Positions 1 through 11,322 are shown, counted from the stretch's first letter. The stretch is 64,000 nucleotides of DNA from Phycisphaeraceae bacterium (GCA_040905565.1 JBBDRF010000071.1:1-64000); one strand, 5' to 3'. The notes: generated by a model not told the origin, from the letters alone. A program made the numbers and translations.

Positions 1-43
1 AGGTACGCCGCCTTTTTTCATTCAGCCAAAACACGACTTTCGG

Positions 44-490
44 TTATAGCTCTAACGGGTTTGCTCCATAGTCCAAGAGTAGGCGAACGGTCGGTAGGTC
101 TGCGGAGACGACAGCGTACATCAAGGGAGTGTTTCCCCTGCCCGCCCAATCTCCTACAACCATGGCATTGACGTCGGCACCTTGCCTCAAGAGAAGTTCC
201 ACCACATCTGGCCTTGCCGCCGCTGCAGCCCAATGAATGGGCTGTTGCCCACCAATAGTCGCGAACACAAGTTTCGAATTCGTACGAATTAGGTTCTCGA
301 TCGCCTCAATCGATTCACCTTCGTCAACGGCGGCCTTCAACTCCCATATTTGCGAGTCCAGTCTCTCAAAGGACAGCGATCGATCTATCGTTACGGATAC
401 GCGCCCCGCTGCGCTCCAATATGCCAACACGCTGCTGGCCACCGCAATGAGCGCAAACATGACTGTGACATTTAGGATACGACCCTTCAT
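44..490 (-). CDS. Ankyrin-repeat protein with N-terminal membrane anchor
   Basis: Ankyrin motifs QPIHWAAAAARPDVVELLLRQGADVNA and TPLMYAVVSADLPTVRLLLDYGANP; hydrophobic N-terminus. Start taken at MKGRIL (490). Confidence 0.75.
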   Translation of the reverse strand: MKGRILNVTVMFALIAVASSVLAYWSAAGRVSVTIDRSLSFERLDSQIWELKAAVDEGESIEAIENLIRTNSKLVFATIGGQQPIHWAAAAARPDVVELLLRQGADVNAMVVGDWAGRGNTPLMYAVVSADLPTVRLLLDYGANPLEL

Positions 491-608
491 TAATACGGAT
501 TCCTCGCCTTGACGTATTTCAATGGTAAGCCGGATGCTGTGTGCCGGTCGGCCATGAACCACATCGTACCGTGACACCCATTGATGTTACGGCCACCGGG
601 CTTATCCC

Positions 609-639
609 GGTGGGTTTCGCTTCGCTCTACCCACCCTAC
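609..639 (-). repeat. REP-like palindrome (GTAG-type)
   Basis: Minus strand reads GTAGGGTGGGTAGAGCGAAGCGAAACCCACC: GTAG foot followed by an imperfect hairpin, in an intergenic position. Confidence 0.7.
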
Positions 640-654
640 GGGCTACGCGCTATC

Positions 655-1128
655 TTAGGCGTTTGCGTGTTCGGGGTGCTTGGTGGAGTTGGCGATGGGG
701 GCGGGGTTTAGGGCAGCGTCTACGGAGCAGCAGCCGGCGCCTTTGATGATGAGGAAGATCGAGCCGAGGAACATGGCCCAGTCGGTGCGCATGGCGTGGG
801 CCATGTACCAGAAGCCCTGGTCGTCGTTGCTGAGCATGGGCAGCTTGGTAGTGACGAGGGCGACGCACATGATCACCAGCGTCGGCACGGCGGCGAGGCG
901 GGTGAGCAGGCCGACCAGCAGCAGCGTCCCGCAGAGCGTTTCCCATGAGGCGACCCAGTAGCCGAGCAGTTCGGGGCTTGGCAGGCCGATGCTTTCGAAG
1001 CGGCCGGCTCCGCGTTTCTCGGGGTAGAGGAACTTCTGGATGCCTTCGGAAAGGAAGACGGCACCGACCATGATGCGGATGAGCGTGGTGGTCGCCAGCG
1101 GCTGCGTGCGCATGATGCGTTTGAGCAT
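655..1128 (-). CDS. DoxX family membrane protein
   Basis: LIRIMVGAVFLSEGIQKF, LLLVGLLTRLAA and GAGCCSVD motifs; about 4 TM segments. Confidence 0.85.
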   Translation of the reverse strand: MLKRIMRTQPLATTTLIRIMVGAVFLSEGIQKFLYPEKRGAGRFESIGLPSPELLGYWVASWETLCGTLLLVGLLTRLAAVPTLVIMCVALVTTKLPMLSNDDQGFWYMAHAMRTDWAMFLGSIFLIIKGAGCCSVDAALNPAPIANSTKHPEHANA

Positions 1129-1183
1129 TCGTTCTCTCCTCGGGGGGGGCGATGGTGGATGTCGCGATGCGCAAAAGCCGGGC

Positions 1184-1214
1184 GCACAACCGCTTCCTTA
1201 CGGGCGCGGCTCGT
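1184..1214. repeat. Single REP-like unit, family A (acgagccgcg...gcggttgtgc)
   Basis: gcacaaccgcttccttacgggcgcggctcgt is near-identical to the unit at 4730-4760. Confidence 0.65.
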
Positions 1215-1252
1215 TGGGAGCGGCACGCAAAGGTCGTGAAGGTGGGGGGGGG

Positions 1253-1975
1253 TCAGGTGAACTGGCGGTTGCTGCGCATGGCGGTGATGCGAGGGTGGAG
1301 ATTCTTGCCGGGGCAGGAGGTGGGGCCCAGTTCGCGGTGGGTGTGGATGCGGGAGGCGGCAACGTTGTGACGCCGACTGAGGATCTGCACGATCTGCTGC
1401 ATCGAAGCGAGCTGGGGATCGGAGGGCAGCTGCAGGTCGAAGTTGCCGACCATCAGGATTCCGATGTTGTTCTCGTTGTGATCGCGAACGTGGGCGCCCT
1501 GGTAGCTCAGGGGTCGGGCTTCCCAGACTCGGCCGCCTCGGTCGACGACGTAGTGGTAGCCGATGTCCGCCCAGCCGCGGTTGGTGTGCGAGGTGCGGAT
1601 GAGCTCAAGGCGGGCGGCACTGTCGGCTTTGCCGGTGCGTGTGAACGGTTCGGGGAAGCCGTCGTGGTGCAGCGTGATGCGCTGAATGCGGCCGATGCGG
1701 TTGATGTTGCTCTGCCGGGGCTGGGATCGCGTCCACGCTGCCCGTTTGTAGGGGCTCTGCGCGGAGCCGTTGCCGAGCGCACCGGCCGAGGGCGTCCGGG
1801 TGGGCGTGGAATCGGGGACGTACGGGCCGCTGCCTGGCTTGGGCCTGCCGCCTACGTCGGGCCATGCGACATCGGGAAGCGAACCGCTGCCACCGGAGGC
1901 CTGACAGCCTGCGATGAACAGTCCACTTGTCCAGAGAAAATAGCGGCGATCAAGGCGATGCATGTTCGTCCTCAT
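1253..1975 (-). CDS. N-acetylmuramoyl-L-alanine amidase (Amidase_2/PGRP-like), probable Tat-exported lipoprotein
   Basis: ITLHHD, GWADIGYHYVVDRGGRVWEAR, GAHVRDHNENNIGI and HRELGPTSCPG; N-terminus RRYFL...IAGC. Confidence 0.85.
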   Translation of the reverse strand: MRTNMHRLDRRYFLWTSGLFIAGCQASGGSGSLPDVAWPDVGGRPKPGSGPYVPDSTPTRTPSAGALGNGSAQSPYKRAAWTRSQPRQSNINRIGRIQRITLHHDGFPEPFTRTGKADSAARLELIRTSHTNRGWADIGYHYVVDRGGRVWEARPLSYQGAHVRDHNENNIGILMVGNFDLQLPSDPQLASMQQIVQILSRRHNVAASRIHTHRELGPTSCPGKNLHPRITAMRSNRQFT

Positions 1976-2051
1976 CGGGTCAGCGGCAGGGAAAGGTTGA
2001 ACATTTTCGCGCGACGAAGCCCGAAGTTCCAGCACAATTTCCAAAAAAGAC

Positions 2052-3236
2052 TTATTTCACTTCGTTCAGGTTCACCCAGGCGCGGTTGCGTGCCGCCAGC
2101 AGAGCTGCTTCGAGGACGCGCTGGGTCTGATAAGCGTCGTTGAAGTCGGGCATGGGGACCTCGGGCTTCTCGCCGCCGATCTCCTGGAAGAAGCAGGCGG
2201 CCGCGTTGATGAACCCGTGCTCGTAGCCGAGGACGTGGGCGTCGGGCCACCAGGCGTGGGCGTAGGGGTGGGCGTCGGCACTGGTGCACATAATGCGTTG
2301 CCAGCCGGCGGTTTCAGGATCGTCCGCAGCATTGAAGTACCAGAGGACGTTCATATTCTCGAAATCCCAGCGGATGGCGCCGTGCTCGCCGTTGACTTCG
2401 ATGCGGTTGGCGTTCTGGTTGCCGGTGGCCATGCGGGTGGCTTCGAAGGTGGCGACGCCGCCGCCTGAGAGGCGAGCGAGGAAGGCGACGGTATCGTCGA
2501 CGGTGACGGGGCCTTTTTTGCCGGTGGACCCGGTGCCGCCCTTGATGTTGCCCGCTTCGCCTTCGGGGATCTCGCGTTCTTTGATGAAGGTCTCTTCGAC
2601 GGAGCCGCAGACCTCGGTGACTTCTTCGCCGGTGACGAAGCGGGCGGCGTCGATGATGTGAGCGCCGAGGTCGCCGTGCGCGCCGGAGCCTGCGGTCTCG
2701 CCCTTAAAACGCCACAGCAGCGGAACATCGGGGCCCGCCCAGCCTTGGAGATAATTGGCGCGGACGTGGTAGATGCGACCGAGCTTGCCCTTGGCGACCA
2801 TCCGCTGGGCGAGGGCGAGGGCGGGGCAGCCGCGGTAGCTGAACCAGGTGAGGGTCTTGCCGTCGGCTTTGGCGGCGGCGTCGCGCATCTGGCGTGCTTC
2901 ATCAAGCGTGGAAGCGAGCGGCTTTTCGCAGGCGACGTGCTTGCCGGCTTCCAGGGCGGCGATGGCCATGGGGGCGTGGGTGTTGTTCGGCGTGGCGACG
3001 TCGACGAGCTGAATGTCATCGTCGCGGACGACCTTCTCCCAATCCGTCGAAGCGTGCTGCCAGCCCCAACGCTTGGCGAAGGAAGCGGTGGCGTCAGGAT
3101 CGCGGGCGACGAGGGTGTGCATGACCGGATCGACGGGCAGATCGAAGAACTTGCCGACCTTGAGGTAGGCGTTGGAGTGGGTCTTGCCCATGAACTTCGA
3201 GCCTATCAATGCCACGTTGCACTGCTTGTCGGCCAT
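2052..3236 (-). CDS. Gfo/Idh/MocA family oxidoreductase
   Basis: VALIGSKFMG, DVATPNNTH, GKHVACEKPLA and GDLGAHIID motifs. Confidence 0.9.
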   Translation of the reverse strand: MADKQCNVALIGSKFMGKTHSNAYLKVGKFFDLPVDPVMHTLVARDPDATASFAKRWGWQHASTDWEKVVRDDDIQLVDVATPNNTHAPMAIAALEAGKHVACEKPLASTLDEARQMRDAAAKADGKTLTWFSYRGCPALALAQRMVAKGKLGRIYHVRANYLQGWAGPDVPLLWRFKGETAGSGAHGDLGAHIIDAARFVTGEEVTEVCGSVEETFIKEREIPEGEAGNIKGGTGSTGKKGPVTVDDTVAFLARLSGGGVATFEATRMATGNQNANRIEVNGEHGAIRWDFENMNVLWYFNAADDPETAGWQRIMCTSADAHPYAHAWWPDAHVLGYEHGFINAAACFFQEIGGEKPEVPMPDFNDAYQTQRVLEAALLAARNRAWVNLNEVK

Positions 3237-3408
3237 GCTGACGCTCCTGTGATCGAGTCTGAAATCGTTTTATGCGTTTTGCCTCTTGGCGCGTACAACA
3301 ATATAGAACAAGGAGCGGGCGTTGCAAAGGTTTGGTTCGCGAAGCGGACCGCTGTAAGATTACACGAAGGCGATTCCCGCAACGCAGATTCCATGGAGGC
3401 TGCTGCCC

Positions 3409-3654
3409 ATGCTGACCCGCAAGCAGGTGCTTGATCGTTACTACCCGGAGGTGCGAGCGTGGCTGCTGCAGATCGCAGCGGTCATGGACCGCCACGATCG
3501 GGCTGAAGATGCCGAGCCCACCGCCGACGACCCACGCCTGAAGCAATATCACGAAGCGCTGAAGGTGCTGGCTGAGGATAAAAGCGACGCCGACCGGGCG
3601 CGGATGATTCAGCTGATCTATTCGGACCCGGTGGGGCCGCCGGCCGAGTCGTGA
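3409..3654 (+). CDS. Small hypothetical protein
   Basis: RBS GGAGG upstream; natural-looking helical 81 aa sequence, co-oriented with the next gene. Confidence 0.7.
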   Translation: MLTRKQVLDRYYPEVRAWLLQIAAVMDRHDRAEDAEPTADDPRLKQYHEALKVLAEDKSDADRARMIQLIYSDPVGPPAES

Positions 3655-3717
3655 AGGCAACGTGGCGATCAGCGATCGCCGGCTAACGTGTGATGATGGG
3701 GGGGCGGAGGTTTTTGC

Positions 3718-4536
3718 ATGTATCTGATCGATCCGCATATTCACTGTGTCAGCCGAACGATGGACGATTACGAGCGGCTGGCGTGTTCGGGCGTCGTTGC
3801 GGTTTCCGAGCCTGCCTTCTGGCCGGGGTTTGATCGCACCTCGTCGGCGAGCTTCTTTGACTACTTTCGGCAGTTGACGGAGTTCGAGCCCACGCGGGCC
3901 GCTTCGGTGGGGATCGATCATTACACCTGGATCTGCGTGAACGCGAAGGAAGCGGAGAACGTGACGCTTTCGCGGGAGGTGATTGAGCAGTTCTCGCACT
4001 TCATGGATCGCCCGAACGTGCTGGGCATCGGCGAGATCGGGCTGCACAAGAACACGAAAAACGAGTGCACCATCTTCATGGAGCAGGCTCAGTTGGCGGT
4101 GAAGACGGGGCACCTGATTCTGATCCACACGCCACACCTTCAGGATAAGCACAAGGGGACGATGCTGATTCTGGACATGCTGCGGGAGGTGGGGGCGGAC
4201 CCGAACCGCGTGCTGGTTGACCACGTTGAGGAGCACACGATTAACCACGTGCTCGACCGTGGCTACTGGGCGGGGATGACGCTGTACCCGATCAGCAAGA
4301 TGACGCCTCACCGCGGGGCGGACATGCTCGAGAAGTACGGGCCCGAACGGCTGTGCGTGAATGCCGCAGCCGACTGGGGCGTGTCGGACCCGTTCAACCT
4401 GCACCGCTGTGTGCTGGACTACCGCGCTCGGGGGCACTCGCAGCAGGAAGTGCTGAACATCTTCCATAACAACCCCGTGAAGTTCTTCAGCGGTTCGCCG
4501 CACTTCAAGGTGAAGCCGTTGAGCCTGACGCCGTAG
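3718..4536 (+). CDS. TatD-related TIM-barrel metallohydrolase (EboB-like)
   Basis: IDPHIH, GIGEIG, LIHTPH, VDHVEE and AADWG motifs. Confidence 0.85.
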   Translation: MYLIDPHIHCVSRTMDDYERLACSGVVAVSEPAFWPGFDRTSSASFFDYFRQLTEFEPTRAASVGIDHYTWICVNAKEAENVTLSREVIEQFSHFMDRPNVLGIGEIGLHKNTKNECTIFMEQAQLAVKTGHLILIHTPHLQDKHKGTMLILDMLREVGADPNRVLVDHVEEHTINHVLDRGYWAGMTLYPISKMTPHRGADMLEKYGPERLCVNAAADWGVSDPFNLHRCVLDYRARGHSQQEVLNIFHNNPVKFFSGSPHFKVKPLSLTP

Positions 4537-4566
4537 CCATAGCCGCGAGGCGACAGATGCCGAACT

Positions 4567-4760
4567 ACGAGCCGCGACCGTCAGGGAGCGGTTGTGCTTT
4601 GAGATTTTTCGCGCCGACCGCACACGCGACTCGTCCTCGGCTACAAACGAAAATCAACGACTTAAGCAACGGCTGCAAAAACGGGCGGTTGAAGCTGCGA
4701 CGCGTCGGCACGATGCGCCGAGGTCGGACGCACAACCGCTTACTGACGTGCGCGGCTCGT
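4567..4760. repeat. REP doublet (inverted pair), family A
   Basis: acgagccgcgaccgtcagggagcggttgtgc (4567-4597) with inverted partner gcacaaccgcttactgacgtgcgcggctcgt (4730-4760). Confidence 0.75.
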
Positions 4761-4817
4761 TGCCGAACTGTGCCGCTGATTGTGAGCGTCCCGGTGCAAG
4801 GGTACGATGGCGGGATC

Positions 4818-6158
4818 ATGACTTTACCGCTGCTTAAATATGACCGTGCGCAGGATCGGCGGGTGCTTGACGCCCTGGTCGATCGGCTGCGTCAGCAGGT
4901 GCGAGGCACCGGAAAACTGGCGGACCTTGTCGCGAAGATCGTCGAAGATGTTCGGCGTGACGGCGATGCTGCTGTCGTCCATTACATGCGGCAGTGGACG
5001 GACCCCGACTTCACTGCGGACATGATCCGCGTGACCGCCGATCAGATGGCCGAGGCTGAAGCGAAGCTTGACCCCGGGCTGCGCGATGCGATGAGCCGGG
5101 CGATCGATCATGTCCGCCAGTATCAGCAGCACATCCTGCCGAGCGATCCGCCGGAGATCGAGATCGATGGCGCGCAGCTGGGTCTACGGATGACGCCGAT
5201 CGAGCGCGTGGGGCTGCATGTGCCCGGCGGCCGGGCGGCTTATCCGTCCAGCGTGATCATGCTCGGCGTGCCGGCGCAGGTGGCGGGTGTGGATCGGCTT
5301 TCGCTGGTTTCTCCGCCGCCGACGCTGAACCCTGATGCGCCGGCGAAGGGGCCCAGTGATATCTCGCCGTTGGTGCTGGCGGTGTGTCACATGCTCGGCC
5401 TGGAGCGGGTTTATCGCATCGGCGGCGCGCAGGCGATCGCTGCTCTGGCGGTCGGCACCGAGAGTGTCGAGGGGGTGGACTTCATCGCCGGGCCCGGCAA
5501 CGCCTATACGCAGCAGGCGAAACGGCAGCTCTTCGGCGAGATCGGCATCGACGGATTCTTCGGGCCCAGCGAAATCGTGGTGCTTGCCGACGAGTCGGCC
5601 GACCCGCACTATGTCGCTTCGGACCTGCTCGCCCAGGCTGAGCACGACCCGGGCTGCTGCTTCCTGGTCAGCAAATCCGCCGAGACGATCGAAGCGATCA
5701 CCGAAGCGCTCAATCAGCAACTGGCCACGCGCGTCAGGCAGGAAGCGATCGAGCCGGCCCTGCGAGAGTGGTCGGCAGCTGTGCTGGTCGATTCCGATGA
5801 CACCGCTTACGAACTGGTCGACCAGCTCGCGGGTGAACATGTGACGCTGGCGGTGGCGGACCCCGAAGCGGCGATGAAACGGCTCCGCAACGGCGGCGCG
5901 TATTTCCTCGGCGACGCCACCCCCGTCGCCAGCGGCGACTACTATGCCGGGCCTTCGCACTGCCTGCCGACCGGCACCACGGCCCGCTACTCCAGCGGCC
6001 TCAGCGTCTACACCTTCCTCAAACGCTCCAGTGTCGAACGCTATCCAAATGGTCTCACAAGCCAGGCCGTCGAAGACATCACCCGCCTCGCCGAAGCGGA
6101 AACCCTCGACGCCCACGCGGAAAGCGTCCGCCTACGCGGGAAGAGGACGGAAGTATAA
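4818..6158 (+). CDS. hisD: Histidinol dehydrogenase
   Basis: GLHVPGGRAAYPSSVIM, GGAQAIAALA, GPGNAY, DLLAQAEHDP and GDYYAGPSHCLPT; start MTLPLL at 4818. Confidence 0.95.
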   Translation: MTLPLLKYDRAQDRRVLDALVDRLRQQVRGTGKLADLVAKIVEDVRRDGDAAVVHYMRQWTDPDFTADMIRVTADQMAEAEAKLDPGLRDAMSRAIDHVRQYQQHILPSDPPEIEIDGAQLGLRMTPIERVGLHVPGGRAAYPSSVIMLGVPAQVAGVDRLSLVSPPPTLNPDAPAKGPSDISPLVLAVCHMLGLERVYRIGGAQAIAALAVGTESVEGVDFIAGPGNAYTQQAKRQLFGEIGIDGFFGPSEIVVLADESADPHYVASDLLAQAEHDPGCCFLVSKSAETIEAITEALNQQLATRVRQEAIEPALREWSAAVLVDSDDTAYELVDQLAGEHVTLAVADPEAAMKRLRNGGAYFLGDATPVASGDYYAGPSHCLPTGTTARYSSGLSVYTFLKRSSVERYPNGLTSQAVEDITRLAEAETLDAHAESVRLRGKRTEV

Positions 6159-6313
6159 CCACAGAGGCACAGAGGAAGAGGAGGTCAGAAAAGAGGAGAA
6201 GAAAAATAGCTATGACAAAAACATAAAAAAGAAAAGCTTGCTGCTTCGACACCTAACAAAAATATTTTTCCCTCTTCTTGCCTTCCTCCTCCCCCTCCGT
6301 GCCTCTGTGGTTA
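6153..6313. repeat. Long hairpin repeat, copy 1 (TAACCACAGAGGCACAGAGG ... CCTCCGTGCCTCTGTGGTTA)
   Basis: Inverted arms at 6156-6175 and 6294-6313 around an AT-rich, purine-then-pyrimidine spacer; contains the hisD stop codon. Confidence 0.85.
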
Positions 6314-6350
6314 AACCTCTTCTCTTCTCCTCAAGAAAAAGGGTGGACCA

Positions 6351-6719
6351 GTGCGGGACACGTTGACGGGGCAGGTGATTGGTGCGGCGATCGAGGTGCA
6401 TCGGACACTAGGCCCGGGGCTGCTGGAGTCGGCTTACGAGCGTTGCCTGCATTGGGAACTTAAACGGCTCGGTCTCGCAGTTGAGCGACAGATTCAACTG
6501 CCAGTCAGCTACAAAGGACTGGAGTTCGAAGAGGGATACCGCCTTGACCTCGTGGTCGATGAACGTCTGGTCGTGGAACTAAAGACTGTGGAGCACCTGC
6601 TACCCATCCACGAGGCACAACTGCTGACCTACCTTAAGCTGAGCAATAAGCAGACCGGACTACTGATCAACTTCAACGTCCCCTTCCTTCGAGACGGGAT
6701 CAAACGCATGGTGTTATGA
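6351..6719 (+). CDS. GxxExxY protein (PD-(D/E)xK nuclease-like)
   Basis: Signature IGAAIEVHRTLGPGLLESAYE, YRLDLVV, VVELKTV, HEAQLLTYLKL and GLLINF. Confidence 0.93.
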   Translation: MRDTLTGQVIGAAIEVHRTLGPGLLESAYERCLHWELKRLGLAVERQIQLPVSYKGLEFEEGYRLDLVVDERLVVELKTVEHLLPIHEAQLLTYLKLSNKQTGLLINFNVPFLRDGIKRMVL

Positions 6720-6732
6720 GAAGAATTCAAGA

Positions 6733-6892
6733 GGTATAACCACAGAGGCACAGAGGAAGAGGAGGTAAGAATAGAGAAGAAGATAAGAAAAAGGTATATG
6801 AGGAAGAAACGCCTGCGATCGACTTCCGAACAGAAACATTCTTACCCTCTTCTTGTCTTCCTCCTCCCCCTCTGTGCCTCTGTGGTTATACC
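6733..6892. repeat. Long hairpin repeat, copy 2
   Basis: Perfect 24-bp inverted repeat ggtataaccacagaggcacagagg (6733-6756) / cctctgtgcctctgtggttatacc (6869-6892). Confidence 0.85.
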
Positions 6893-6929
6893 CTCCCCTC
6901 TCCCCTCTTCTGATTGAAGATACGCGATC

Positions 6930-8051
6930 ATGGCTTACGAACGACAGAATATTCAGCGGATGGCGGGGTATGTGCCTGGTGAGCAGCCGGCGGACGCTGA
7001 TGTCATCAAGCTGAATACGAACGAGAATCCCTATCAGCCTGCGGAGCCGGTGCTGCAGGCGATGCGGGGGGTGGAGGCGGAGGCGTTGCGGCGCTATCCG
7101 CCGCCGACGGCGATGCCGTTCCGCGAAGCGGCGGCGGAGCTGCACGGCGTCCACCCCGAAAACATTCTCGCCACCAACGGCGGCGACGAACTGCTTCGCC
7201 TGCTGATCACGACCTTCGTCGAGCCGGGCGAATCCATCGGCGTCACCGAACCGAGCTACTCGCTTTATCCCGTCCTTGCTGCGGTGCAGGATGCGCCGGT
7301 CGTCCGCGTCGCGCTTCATGATGATTGGTCGATGCCTGACGACCTGGCTGAGCAGATGAACGCAGCCGGTGTGAAGCTGACGCTTGTCGTCAATCCGCAT
7401 GCACCGTCGGGCACGTTGGCCGATGTAGCGACCTTGCGTGCGCTGGCGACGCAGCTCGACGGCGTGCTGGTGATCGACGAAGCCTACGTTGATTTTGTGG
7501 ATCCCGACCTGGGCTACGATGCGGTGGGGCTGGTGCGGGAGATGGCCAACGTGGTGATTCTGCGTTCGCTGAGCAAGGGCTATTCGCTGGCTGGGCTGCG
7601 GTTCGGCTACGGCATCGGATCAGCGGGATTGATCGAACCGATGCTGACGAAGACCAAGGACAGTTACAACACCGACATCGTTTCGCAGCGGGTGGCGACG
7701 GCGGCAATTCGCCATCGCGATCTGGCGATACGCAACTGCGAAGCGGTCAGGCGCGAACGTGCGTCGATGACCGAGGCGCTGGCGAAGCTGGGCCTCAGCT
7801 GCCCGCCCAGTCAATCGAACTTTGTGCTGGCGAGCGTGCCCGACGATTGTGCCGGCGGGGCGAAGGCTTTGCATGAAGCGCTGAAGCAGCAGGGCATCTT
7901 TGTCCGATACTTCGATCAGGACCGCCTGCGCGACAAGCTTCGTATCACGATCGGCACGCCCAGGCAGAACCACGCGCTGCTCGAAGCGCTGCAGGCGCAG
8001 GTGAAGCCCGTCCCGCAGCCGCAATCGAATCCGCCTCAAAACGACAGGTGA
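6930..8051 (+). CDS. hisC: Histidinol-phosphate aminotransferase
   Basis: YVPGEQP, KLNTNENPY, IDEAYVDF and the PLP lysine motif RSLSKGYSLAGLRFGY; his operon context. Confidence 0.93.
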   Translation: MAYERQNIQRMAGYVPGEQPADADVIKLNTNENPYQPAEPVLQAMRGVEAEALRRYPPPTAMPFREAAAELHGVHPENILATNGGDELLRLLITTFVEPGESIGVTEPSYSLYPVLAAVQDAPVVRVALHDDWSMPDDLAEQMNAAGVKLTLVVNPHAPSGTLADVATLRALATQLDGVLVIDEAYVDFVDPDLGYDAVGLVREMANVVILRSLSKGYSLAGLRFGYGIGSAGLIEPMLTKTKDSYNTDIVSQRVATAAIRHRDLAIRNCEAVRRERASMTEALAKLGLSCPPSQSNFVLASVPDDCAGGAKALHEALKQQGIFVRYFDQDRLRDKLRITIGTPRQNHALLEALQAQVKPVPQPQSNPPQNDR

Positions 8052-8056
8052 AAGAC

Positions 8057-8635
8057 ATGGCCCGATCGGCCCGCATCGAACGCAAGACCAACGAAACCGC
8101 TATCACGCTCGAAGTTAACCTCGACGGCGGCGGCTACAGACACACGACAGGCGTCGGCTTTTTCGATCACATGCTCGACCATGTCGCGCGGCACGGCGGC
8201 CTCGGGCTGACCATCGAAGCCGAGGGCGACTACGAAGTCGACGACCATCACACGGTCGAAGACGTCGGCATCGCCCTGGGGCAGGCGCTCGCTCAGGCGC
8301 TCGGCGACAAGAAGGGCATCGAGCGGTACGGCTTTGCGAGCATCCCGATGGATGAAGCGCTGGCGCGCGTGAGCATCGATCTTTCCGGCCGGGGCATGCT
8401 GGTGTTCAATGCGAAGTTTCAAGCCGACCGCATCGGCGCGTTTGATGTTCAGCTGGTGCGCGAGTTCCTGCAGGCGCTCACAGCGAACGCGCGTTTCGCC
8501 TGTCACGTGGAGGTGCCGCACGGTGAGAACGATCACCACGTCGCCGAGGCGATTTTCAAGGCACTCGGCCGCGCGCTTCGGCAGGCGGTTGCGATCACCG
8601 GTGACGAGGTGCCCTCGACGAAGGGTTCGTTGTAA
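8057..8635 (+). CDS. hisB: Imidazoleglycerol-phosphate dehydratase
   Basis: RKTNET, TGVGFFDHML, DDHHTVEDVGI, NDHHVAEAIFKA and PSTKG. Confidence 0.95.
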   Translation: MARSARIERKTNETAITLEVNLDGGGYRHTTGVGFFDHMLDHVARHGGLGLTIEAEGDYEVDDHHTVEDVGIALGQALAQALGDKKGIERYGFASIPMDEALARVSIDLSGRGMLVFNAKFQADRIGAFDVQLVREFLQALTANARFACHVEVPHGENDHHVAEAIFKALGRALRQAVAITGDEVPSTKGSL

Positions 8636-8650
8636 CGATCACATCGATGG

Positions 8651-8769
8651 GGGTGCCCCGGCCAGCGAGCGACTAGCGAGACGGCCGGGTCTCCTATGAG
8701 CGCGATGTGTTGTGACCGATGACGTATGCCCGCCCGGCCGTGTCGCTTCGCTCCCTGGCCGGGGCACCC
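8651..8769. repeat. REP doublet (inverted pair), family B
   Basis: gggtgccccggccagcgagcga...acggccggg with inverted cccggccgtgtcgcttcgctccctggccggggcaccc, between convergent hisB and ahcY. Confidence 0.7.
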
Positions 8770-8789
8770 GCACCTGCTCGCCAAGGCAC

Positions 8790-8826
8790 AAAAAAACCCC
8801 GCGGCTAGTGAATAGCCGCGGGGTTA
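8790..8826 (-). terminator. Intrinsic terminator of ahcY
   Basis: Hairpin aaccccgcggcta/tagccgcggggtt with an A-tract on the left (U-tract on the minus strand). Confidence 0.8.
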
Positions 8827-8849
8827 TTAGTTGGCGAACGGACCGCTGA

Positions 8850-10361
<1,512 letters not shown>

Positions 10362-10430
10362 GTTGTGGTGACTCCTTAAGTCAAAAATGGGTTGTTAAGT
10401 TTGTGGAAAAAAAGAGTGTTGATGTTGACG

Positions 10431-10613
10431 ACGAGCCGCGACCGTGAGGGAGCGGTCGTGTGTTGGAGGGCGAAGGGTGGTTTGGATTACCGCTGTGGTG
10501 AGCGGAGAAGCGTTTTCGCATCGTTGGCGTTGGCCCGGGCTTTTGTCGTGACGCGGCACCGGACCGCTCCCTGACGGTCGCGGCTCGTGGTGGGGCGTTT
10601 GACGTGTTCATGC
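10431..10613. repeat. 183-bp REP-doublet element (family A), direct-repeat copy 1
   Basis: Internal inverted arms at 10431-10457 and 10562-10588; the whole unit recurs at 11323-11505 with about 13 mismatches by eye. Confidence 0.9.
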
Positions 10614-11297
10614 GGCACCGCCTTGTGGGATGCCGAACGTTCCGGCGGGTGTTCGAGCGATTCGGCGGGCGACGATCGCGGTGGCGATGCGGTAGAGCAG
10701 GTAGGTGCCGAGAAGCGCGCCGAAGGCCCAGGTAGGGTGGCTTTCCATCGCGTCCTGGTACACGTTGATTGTGGCCATCCAGGCGATGGCGGCCAGGAGG
10801 CCGAGGAACTGTTTTGCGGGTGCGAGGCGTTCTTCGTCGGATCGCGTTTCGGGCATCTGCGTCCAGCGTTTGAGGCCGACGAAAAGCAGCCTGTAGGCGA
10901 TCCACACCAATGGGAGCGACATCGCGAACAGGGGCGAGCTAAAAAACGTTTTGCTCGGATCGTGCTCTAAAAGAACCCTGCCGTAGATGATGGTCAAAAC
11001 GAAAACGATGGTGACGAATCCGGTCGTGGCCTGCTGCAGCCGACGCATATCCAGCGGTGCCCGGATTTTCCGCACGAACCACGTCGTCAGCATCACGATG
11101 GCACCAACGGTGACCGCAATGATGAGCACCTTGAGGGGCCACAACGGGCTTGGAAGATTTTGGCTGACGTCCCAACTGATCGCCGTCGCCAGCCAGAGAA
11201 TCGGCAGGAGCACCGAAAGTTCCAAGCCCCAGAGCACCCAATGCGCGATGCTTGCGTGACGGCTGTTGGGTTGCGGATGCAATGGCTGTGCGTTCAT
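10608..11297 (-). CDS. Hypothetical multi-pass membrane protein
   Basis: About 6 hydrophobic segments; no recognisable family; lies between the two 183-bp repeats. Confidence 0.7.
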   Translation of the reverse strand: MNAQPLHPQPNSRHASIAHWVLWGLELSVLLPILWLATAISWDVSQNLPSPLWPLKVLIIAVTVGAIVMLTTWFVRKIRAPLDMRRLQQATTGFVTIVFVLTIIYGRVLLEHDPSKTFFSSPLFAMSLPLVWIAYRLLFVGLKRWTQMPETRSDEERLAPAKQFLGLLAAIAWMATINVYQDAMESHPTWAFGALLGTYLLYRIATAIVARRIARTPAGTFGIPQGGAA

Positions 11298-11322
11298 CGG
11301 CCACCCCCTGCGATGGCTTGAT

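Noticed and set aside
4557..4817. N-terminal extensions of hisD (also truB 54871-55074, Ubl 37056-37289, JAB 37762-38040)
   Set aside because: The extensions translate REP, tRNA, promoter or neighbouring-gene sequence; downstream starts fit family length and coupling.
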